From: a bacterium
Lineage (GTDB): Bacteria; Patescibacteriota; Saccharimonadia; Saccharimonadales; JAGQNK01
Reading direction: 5' to 3'
DNA length: 51,838 bases
NCBI GenBank assembly: GCA_029557815.1
Contig: JAKQHX010000024.1
Coordinates: 1 to 51,838, forward strand
Shown here: piece by piece, positions 46,777-51,838 of the stretch
How the letters are laid out: every line of letters starts with the position of its first letter
Position numbering within the stretch: the first letter of the stretch is position 1
Position numbers and translations under genes: made by a program
The notes under the pieces: generated by a model
Databases searched by the model: none
What the model saw: the letters and a program-made list of their open reading frames with translations, nothing else
Told to the model about the DNA's origin: nothing

Positions 46777-48693
46777 TCAGTTGCTGCTTTCGTGAGATCG
46801 CGTAGATTTTTTAGCCCAGAGAACAGCGCAGATACAAAGTATAATGAATGCTCCCATCAACAGATATAGAGTATTGAGCCCAGTTTTTACCAAAAGGGCT
46901 GCCTTCTCTTCTGTGGCTGGGGCACCTGGTATATCTTCTGATGACCCCTCGCTACCTTCGGTGCTCAAGGAGGCTAGGCCTGCTGGGTCAGTAATGTTAC
47001 CGTCTACTTCACCATCGGTATCAAGTTCGCCGCCGTCAGTCACGTCGTAGGTCACGATTGTTACAATATTGCCACTAATTTCCGTTTGTTCGATGACAGC
47101 CTCTTGAATAGTGGAATATGTATTTGTGTTCGGGTCGTATTTGCGCAGTATCAAATCAGAGCTTGGCACATTGTAGTAATACTGTTTAATGGTTGATGTA
47201 AACCCGGGTGTTCCGCAAGCCAGAGTGAAGTCCATAAGGCCATTAATATAACTATAGTCTTCGTCACGTACGGGAATGGAAGTTTCACTTACTGATGATG
47301 CTGAATTTACCGTACAGGCATCGTCTGTTACGAGCACGACAGTTTTTTCCGTTACTGAACTTGTGTAGCTGTAGACATTAGGTTGGTCTGAGTCCTCGGT
47401 GCCGTCCTGATTAAGGTCGCTACCAAGTGCGGGGTTGGTAATAGTAACAGACGATGACCCTACATTGTTAGTGAGTGAACCGCTTAGACCGGAAAAGTTT
47501 ACCCCTGAGATCGCATAGGTACCCGCCGATGAAGAGACTACAGGAATGGATGCAACACAGTTTGCACCGCCGCTTACAGAACTTCCTGCGAGAACTACAG
47601 AATTGCTTCCTGCTGTTGCCGTGAGAGATCCTCCACATGTATTGGATAAGCCCTCGGATCCTATTACGAGTCCTGAAGGTAGTGAAACTGTATAGCCAAG
47701 TCCGCCCACTGTCGTTAGTTCGGTATTCACAATTGAGACATTAAATAACACAGGATCGTTCACATTGGTCGTATTCGAGGCAAACGATGCATTGAGATTT
47801 GTTCCTTGCTGGGTTGCGAATTGTTGAAAACTTGCGGTTTGTGTTCCTGGTGTCGAACCGAGATTCCATTGCATCATCAAGCCAGCATCGTGAATTGACT
47901 CAGTGACTGCAAAACCGATATCCCCACCATTACGCACGCTAGCGTATGGGGCACTATAATGCTGAGAAGTAGCACCATCAAAAGCTTTCGATCCCGAAAC
48001 TTCACGCAATCCAAACATGATATGAGAAGAGGTATTCAAAGAGATAACTGAGCGAACCGGGCTTGTGAGCATAATACCGTATCCTGAATCTGACGAACCA
48101 GGTGCAGTATCTCCACCAAGATAGAATTTGACTGGCTCAGTATTGCCTTCTGGAATCACGAAGCTGTAGCTATCTGTTACGTAATCATTAGGGTATACAT
48201 AGCTGACTGTGCGGGTAACGGTGTAGACCTGCTCATTGTGGTTGATGCTATAACGTAATGTGGCGTTTGAATTTCCGGTGGCGGACGTTCGTTCTCCGAC
48301 CGATGTTGCGCCAGAGCTGGAAAGTAATTCGATAGAGTCCCAGGTCTGACTACTTGTAGCAGGCCCTGACTGACCGTACAATGTTCCGCCTATGTTTAAC
48401 ATAGGCCCTCCAGCGGAGCAGCAATACTGATACGTATTGCGATACACCACTGCGTCTGCGCCGGCGTATGCGTTGTTGGGGTTACCCGAGGCGCTGTTTG
48501 AATTTATCGTGAATCGTATACCGTCAGAACCGTTAGCCTGCAGGCCGCCACCCGGATTTAATGTTACTTGGCCCACCGGTCCCACTTGCAGCGCTAGTGA
48601 TTTCGGTAGCCTTATGCCACTTACTACCATAGCAACGAAGACAAATACGGCAACAAAGAGACCGTTCCACAAATATTTGAAGCTGACTCTCAT
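46777..48693 (-). CDS. large surface protein with LPXTG-like (LVKTG) C-terminal sorting signal
   Basis: Start taken at MRVSFKYLWNGLFVAVFVFVAMV (48693; the track start is 48729). The body is beta-rich and Ser/Thr/Gly/Asn-rich. The C-terminus carries TDGGELDTDGEVDGNITDPAGLA, then LVKTG, a hydrophobic helix and KKSTRSHESSN. Confidence 0.8.
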   Translation of the reverse strand: MRVSFKYLWNGLFVAVFVFVAMVVSGIRLPKSLALQVGPVGQVTLNPGGGLQANGSDGIRFTINSNSASGNPNNAYAGADAVVYRNTYQYCCSAGGPMLNIGGTLYGQSGPATSSQTWDSIELLSSSGATSVGERTSATGNSNATLRYSINHNEQVYTVTRTVSYVYPNDYVTDSYSFVIPEGNTEPVKFYLGGDTAPGSSDSGYGIMLTSPVRSVISLNTSSHIMFGLREVSGSKAFDGATSQHYSAPYASVRNGGDIGFAVTESIHDAGLMMQWNLGSTPGTQTASFQQFATQQGTNLNASFASNTTNVNDPVLFNVSIVNTELTTVGGLGYTVSLPSGLVIGSEGLSNTCGGSLTATAGSNSVVLAGSSVSGGANCVASIPVVSSSAGTYAISGVNFSGLSGSLTNNVGSSSVTITNPALGSDLNQDGTEDSDQPNVYSYTSSVTEKTVVLVTDDACTVNSASSVSETSIPVRDEDYSYINGLMDFTLACGTPGFTSTIKQYYYNVPSSDLILRKYDPNTNTYSTIQEAVIEQTEISGNIVTIVTYDVTDGGELDTDGEVDGNITDPAGLASLSTEGSEGSSEDIPGAPATEEKAALLVKTGLNTLYLLMGAFIILCICAVLWAKKSTRSHESSN

Positions 48694-48802
48694 GTACTCT
48701 TTATAATCCTTATTACAATAATATAGCATAAGAATTATGTAGTATGACTAAACGAGCATCACCTTTAGCTGTTGCAAGTTGGAGGGCCGTGTCGCTCCAT
48801 AG

Positions 48803-48833
48803 CCAAAATAAAAACCCCATCTTTCGATGAGGT
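48803..48833 (-). terminator. intrinsic terminator of the tRNA-fMet unit
   Basis: Minus-strand ACCTCATC-GAAA-GATGGGGT followed by TTTTTATTTT, directly 3' of the tRNA. Confidence 0.75.
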
Positions 48834-48841
48834 TCATATTT

Positions 48842-48916
48842 TGGTAGCGGGGGGAGGACTCGAACCTCCGACCTTGTGGTTATGAGCCACACGAGCTGCC
48901 ACTGCTCTACCCCGCG
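48842..48916 (-). tRNA. tRNA-Met(CAU), initiator-like
   Basis: CGCGGGG-TA-GAGC-AGTGGCA-GCTC-G-TGTGG-CTCATAA-CCACA-AGGTC-GGAGG-TTCGAGT-CCTCC-CCCCGCT-A-CCA. The C1/U72 mismatch and the CGCGGGG 5' end match bacterial tRNA-fMet. Only two of the usual three G-C pairs close the anticodon stem. Confidence 0.9.
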
Positions 48917-49033
48917 GCGTCAAAGTGTGATACTTGGGTAGCTGATTTGCCGACAAAACAAGTTTGCTCGGCAAGTGTATCTACCTAAGCAAGCCTTCTC
49001 CTTATCAATTTTGCGAATCCTCTCGCAAAATTG
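48917..49033 (-). promoter_or_regulatory. conserved structured tRNA 5'-leader module, copy 2
   Basis: Hairpin C at 49007-49032 (AATTTTGCGA/TCGCAAAATT, loop ATCCTC). Hairpin B at 48948-48973 (TGCCGA-CAAAACAAGTTTGC-TCGGCA). Stem A CTTGGGTAG (48933-48941) pairs with CTACCTAAG (48981-48989). Confidence 0.7.
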
Positions 49034-49101
49034 GCAAAGCTCACTCTGCGTACATTGCCTGGGAAATACCGAAGTATCTCTCACGGCTGTTTAACTTGGT
49101 T

Positions 49102-49130
49102 ATCTTAGCAAACAGAGGTAGCTATGTCAA
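49102..49130 (-). promoter_or_regulatory. sigma70-like promoter (TTGACA-17 nt-TAAGAT) for the leader-tRNA-fMet unit
   Basis: Minus-strand TTGACA (49130-49125), a 17-nt spacer, TAAGAT (49107-49102). Lies just downstream of the RRM-gene terminator. Confidence 0.55.
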
Positions 49131-49133
49131 ATG

Positions 49134-49170
49134 CCTAAAACAAAATAGCTCCCTTTGAGGGGAGCTATTT
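49134..49170 (-). terminator. intrinsic terminator of the RRM-protein gene
   Basis: Minus-strand AAATAGCTCCC-CTCAAA-GGGAGCTATTT followed by TGTTTT. Confidence 0.75.
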
Positions 49171-49185
49171 CCGTGCGGTAATAAA

Positions 49186-49482
49186 TTACCAGCTGCGATT
49201 ATTGCCACCGCCGTTGAAATCACGACGTGGACGCTCTTCGCGCGGGCGAGCTTCGTTAACCGTAATGCTACGGCCACTGATCTCGGTGCCGTTCATTGCC
49301 TTTTCAGCTGCTTTGCCTTCGTCGTCGTTTTCGAACTCGACGAAACCAAAACCTTTGCTGCGGCCAGTTTCGCGGTCAGTGATGACCTTTGCGTATGCAA
49401 CTGTACCGTGGGCACTGAACAGCTCTGAGAGCTCTTCATCAGTGGTTGCAAAAGGCAAGCCACCTACAAATAGTTTGTACAT
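49186..49482 (-). CDS. RRM-type RNA-binding protein
   Basis: 98 aa. RNP-2 LFVGGLPF, RNP-1 KGFGFVEF, and a Gly/Arg-rich tail. AAGGAA lies 6 nt upstream. An extended -10 (TGcTATAAT, 49643-49635) implies a 5' UTR of about 145 nt. Confidence 0.9.
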   Translation of the reverse strand: MYKLFVGGLPFATTDEELSELFSAHGTVAYAKVITDRETGRSKGFGFVEFENDDEGKAAEKAMNGTEISGRSITVNEARPREERPRRDFNGGGNNRSW

Positions 49483-49661
49483 TCAATCTTCCTTGATTAA
49501 AACTTGTAGCAAGGTACGACCCCTTACTGTCTACAGCCGCTGAACCGTCGAACCTCGTTTTAATCACGAAACATCGAACATTTCTTTGCGCTAACAGTTA
49601 AGTTCCTGCCGGTAGATTTAAGCACAAACAGGGAATTATAGCAATAAAGAAAGAAATGTTA

Positions 49662-49689
49662 TTGACAAATAAGCAAAAGCGTGTATAAT
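49662..49689 (+). promoter_or_regulatory. near-consensus sigma70 promoter (TTGACA-16 nt-TATAAT) with no annotated gene downstream
   Basis: TTGACA at 49662-49667 and TATAAT at 49684-49689. A perfect 12-bp palindrome TTGATGCATCAA (49698-49709) sits at the predicted TSS. Confidence 0.6.
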
Positions 49690-50077
49690 ACATAGTGTTG
49701 ATGCATCAAAACAAACACCATTAACATAAAGGAAAAGAGTAGCCAGACAAATTAGGTAAGAAAACCGTGGTTTGTCTCATGCATACATCACAAGAAAGGG
49801 AAAAAGAGTAACGACTCTTTTGGGGCACCATGTTAGCGACACTCAAAGATTTGGCATACGAGTTGCTGCCAACCAGTAATGAGCAGATTCTCAAGATCGA
49901 CTCAGAACTCAAAGACATATTGTAAGTAGCGATACTTACTAACTAGTAAGGAAAACAAAAAGGAACCAAAATATGTTAATCCAAGACATCAGGCCGGTAC
50001 GGGTTACGCGTACAAGACGCAAAACCGCGCCGCCAATCCGCGGCAAGACAATAACCATTATCTCTGCCTAATATAGA

Positions 50078-50108
50078 AAGAGCTCCCACTTTGCGAGGGG
50101 GCTCTTTT
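50078..50108. terminator. bidirectional intrinsic terminator
   Basis: AAGAGCTCCC-ACTTTGCGA-GGGGGCTCTT with TTTTGATT on the plus strand and TTTCTATATT on the minus strand. It closes both the orphan plus-strand unit and the minus-strand tRNA unit. Confidence 0.65.
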
Positions 50109-50118
50109 GATTGCAGTA

Positions 50119-50195
50119 TGGTAGCGGCGACAAGACTTGAACTTGTGACCCCAGGCTTATGAGTCCTGTGCTCTAACCAGCTGAGCTACGCCGCC
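50119..50195 (-). tRNA. tRNA with CAU anticodon (resembles elongator tRNA-Met)
   Basis: GGCGGCG-TA-GCTC-AGCTGGTTA-GAGC-A-CAGGA-CTCATAA-GCCTG-GGGTC-ACAAG-TTCAAGT-CTTGT-CGCCGCT-A-CCA. G1-U72 wobble, an A31/G39 mismatch, and CCA encoded. Confidence 0.9.
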
Positions 50196-50312
50196 GCGTC
50201 GGCATGTGATGGTGATTTTGCCGAACTGCCGACAAAACAAGTTTGCTCGGCATTTCTGGCAAATTCACCAAACTGCCTCCTTTTCAGATTCGAGAATCCT
50301 CTCTCGAATCTG
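50196..50312 (-). promoter_or_regulatory. conserved structured tRNA 5'-leader module, copy 3
   Basis: Hairpin C at 50285-50312 (CAGATTCGAGA/TCTCGAATCTG, loop ATCCTC). Hairpin B at 50227-50252 (identical to copy 2). Stem A GGTGATTTTGCC (50211-50222) pairs with GGCAAATTCACC (50258-50269). Confidence 0.7.
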
Positions 50313-50339
50313 GAGGGCACATGCAATGCAACAGGGGAG

Positions 50340-50368
50340 AATATAGCACATTCTGCATCTGTTGGCTA
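50340..50368 (-). promoter_or_regulatory. promoter (TAGCCA-17 nt-TGcTATATT) for the leader-tRNA unit
   Basis: Minus-strand -35 TAGCCA (50368-50363) and extended -10 TGCTATATT (50348-50340), about 20 nt upstream of hairpin C. Confidence 0.45.
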
Positions 50369-50385
50369 GAGTTCCGGCGTGACTT

Positions 50386-50904
50386 TTAGAGCCATTCATA
50401 GAGCTCGGCGTTGCCAAGGTGGCTTGGATGGCTGAAGGGGAAGTCTTTTTTCACGAGGCTGCGAAGCGCCCGGCCGGTAGAACCATGGCTCACAACCAGG
50501 ATGTTGTCAGCTTGTTGGGCTTCTAGCCAGTTGAGGAATGCTCGCATGCGGTCGATGAGCTTTTCACTGGTTTCGGCACCATGCTCCAGCCGGTGGTCTT
50601 CAGAGTGGTGTGGCGAATAGGTCTGGGCTTCTAGTTTGCCGAAGTTGCGTTCAATCAAGCGGTCATCGATAATAATTTTATCTACTGGATATCCGATCTC
50701 GGTGGCTGCTATTTGCGCTGTCTCCAGAGCGCGGCTCAGAGGTGAGCTAACGATAAGATTAATATGTAAACCAGCAGCGTCGCTACCGGCTTTTTTGGCC
50801 TGGGCCCGGCCTTCGTCGGTGAGTGGGGTATCGGTGTGTCCGGCATAGAGGCCCTGCACGTTCAGTTCACTGATTCCGTGGCGGATAAAATAAAGTTTTT
50901 TCAC
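50386..50904 (-). CDS. histidine phosphatase family protein (phosphoglycerate mutase-like)
   Basis: 172 aa. RHG motif (YFIRHGISELN) and a second catalytic His (VVSHGSTGRAL). GTG start with TATAAT 8 nt upstream. Confidence 0.85.
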   Translation of the reverse strand: MKKLYFIRHGISELNVQGLYAGHTDTPLTDEGRAQAKKAGSDAAGLHINLIVSSPLSRALETAQIAATEIGYPVDKIIIDDRLIERNFGKLEAQTYSPHHSEDHRLEHGAETSEKLIDRMRAFLNWLEAQQADNILVVSHGSTGRALRSLVKKDFPFSHPSHLGNAELYEWL

Positions 50905-50920
50905 AGTGTAGAATTATAGA

Positions 50921-51808
50921 GTGGAAGTCAATATTCAGCCAGGATTGTATGTCATAGCAGTTTCGGGAGGTGTGGACTCGATGGCTTTGCTCAGCACGCT
51001 TCGGAGATATCCTGGTGTGGAGCTTATAGTAGCGCATTACGATCACGGCATCCGTCTGGATTCGGCCGAGGATAAGCACTTGGTCCAGGATGTAGCTCGC
51101 GAATATGGCTTGCGATTTGTATATGACGAGGGAAGGCTTGGCCCTGATGTGAGCGAGGAGGCTGCTCGAATTGCACGCTATGATTTTTTGCATCATGTAC
51201 GTAAGGTGAGTGACGCGAAAGGTATTATTACCGCACACCACCAGGACGACTTACTGGAAACAGCCGTACATAATATGTTGCGCGGAACGGGTCGGCGCGG
51301 ACTTGTATCACTACGTTCCAGGGACTACATACATCGACCATTACTGCATATTCCAAAAGCCGATTTAGTGGCGTACGCCAAAGGCCACGGTTTGCGATGG
51401 CGAGAGGACAGCACGAATAGTGACTTGCGATTTCGTCGCAATTATATTCGCCATAAAATTTTGTCTCAACTTTCATCTGCCCAGAAAAAGGAGTTACTGC
51501 AACACATTCGCGATATTCATAACAAGCATGACGAGTTAGAGGAGCAGCTTACCAATTATTTGCACTTGCAGCCTGCCGCAGACGTACTGGACAGACATCG
51601 GTTCGTTATGCTTCCCCATGTAGTGGCACGGGAAGTACTTGCCGCTTGGTTGCGCAACCATACTATTACTAACCTGGGGAGCGGTATGGTGGAGCGGCTG
51701 ACCGTCGCAGCCAAAACGTACACTATTGGCAAGCAGGCTGACATCACGAAACAGCACGTTTTAGTCGTTGAAAAGGACGTACTGGCAATCAGGCGGCGTG
51801 ACCGCTAG
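50921..51808 (+). CDS. tilS: tRNA(Ile)-lysidine synthase
   Basis: 295 aa. PP-loop YVIAVSGGVDSMALL, HYDHGIR and TAHHQDD motifs. GTG start with TAGAAT 6 nt upstream. Confidence 0.85.
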   Translation: MEVNIQPGLYVIAVSGGVDSMALLSTLRRYPGVELIVAHYDHGIRLDSAEDKHLVQDVAREYGLRFVYDEGRLGPDVSEEAARIARYDFLHHVRKVSDAKGIITAHHQDDLLETAVHNMLRGTGRRGLVSLRSRDYIHRPLLHIPKADLVAYAKGHGLRWREDSTNSDLRFRRNYIRHKILSQLSSAQKKELLQHIRDIHNKHDELEEQLTNYLHLQPAADVLDRHRFVMLPHVVAREVLAAWLRNHTITNLGSGMVERLTVAAKTYTIGKQADITKQHVLVVEKDVLAIRRRDR

Positions 51809-51838
51809 CAATGCGGAAAAACACTCTGTATAATAAAC

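Noticed and set aside
49802-49821. AAAAGAGT-AACG-ACTCTTTT hairpin as a terminator defining a small RNA of about 125 nt.
   Set aside because: The stem is mostly A-U with only 4 stronger pairs and no separate U-tract, so it is too weak to call. It is mentioned only as part of the orphan unit.
43644-50312. Short ORFs starting at TTG 4-5 nt after the GGAGG tract in each tRNA leader module.
   Set aside because: The reading frames are not conserved between copies: copy 2 stops after 3 codons and copy 1 runs into the tRNA. The conservation pattern is complementary-stem covariation, which indicates RNA structure and not coding.
1-51838. Scan for CRISPR arrays, IS elements or transposases, integrases, prophage modules, rRNA, tmRNA, and SRP or 6S RNA.
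   Set aside because: I saw no regularly spaced direct repeats, DDE or tyrosine-recombinase-like ORFs, rRNA-like segments, tRNA-like tmRNA ends or SRP domain-IV motif. Small ncRNAs cannot be excluded without covariance-model searches.

Overview
51.8-kb chromosomal window with about 50 protein genes on both strands and three tRNA genes, all with a CAU anticodon. I found no rRNA, CRISPR array, transposase or integrase.

Recognisable housekeeping and transport genes:
- nadD fragment, aspS, tsaC, dus, tilS, a Mur ligase, a MutY-like glycosylase
- Kef-type antiporter, P-type ATPase, GltS-like symporter, MscS, an ABC-2 exporter
- one histidine kinase / receiver pair

These are interleaved with many secreted or membrane-anchored proteins of unknown function and several very large surface proteins. 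The content is consistent with a small-genome, Gram-positive-type lineage such as Patescibacteria/Saccharibacteria. That placement is inference only.

Most notable observations:
1. A 2103-aa protein whose about 1650-aa GLUG/FN3 extracellular region is fused in frame to a membrane-embedded histidine kinase.
2. A conserved, covarying structured module of about 115 nt in the 5' leader of each of the three CAU tRNA genes, close to tilS.
3. A three-gene locus of secreted Asn/Gly/Thr-rich repeat proteins arranged like short and long functional-amyloid subunits.
4. A riboswitch-like promoter-leader-terminator unit upstream of the P-type ATPase.
5. An orphan promoter/terminator unit with no long ORF.
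6. A membrane-anchored serpin.
7. Widespread apparently leaderless gene starts.

All calls come from reading the sequence and translations. No database searches were run.
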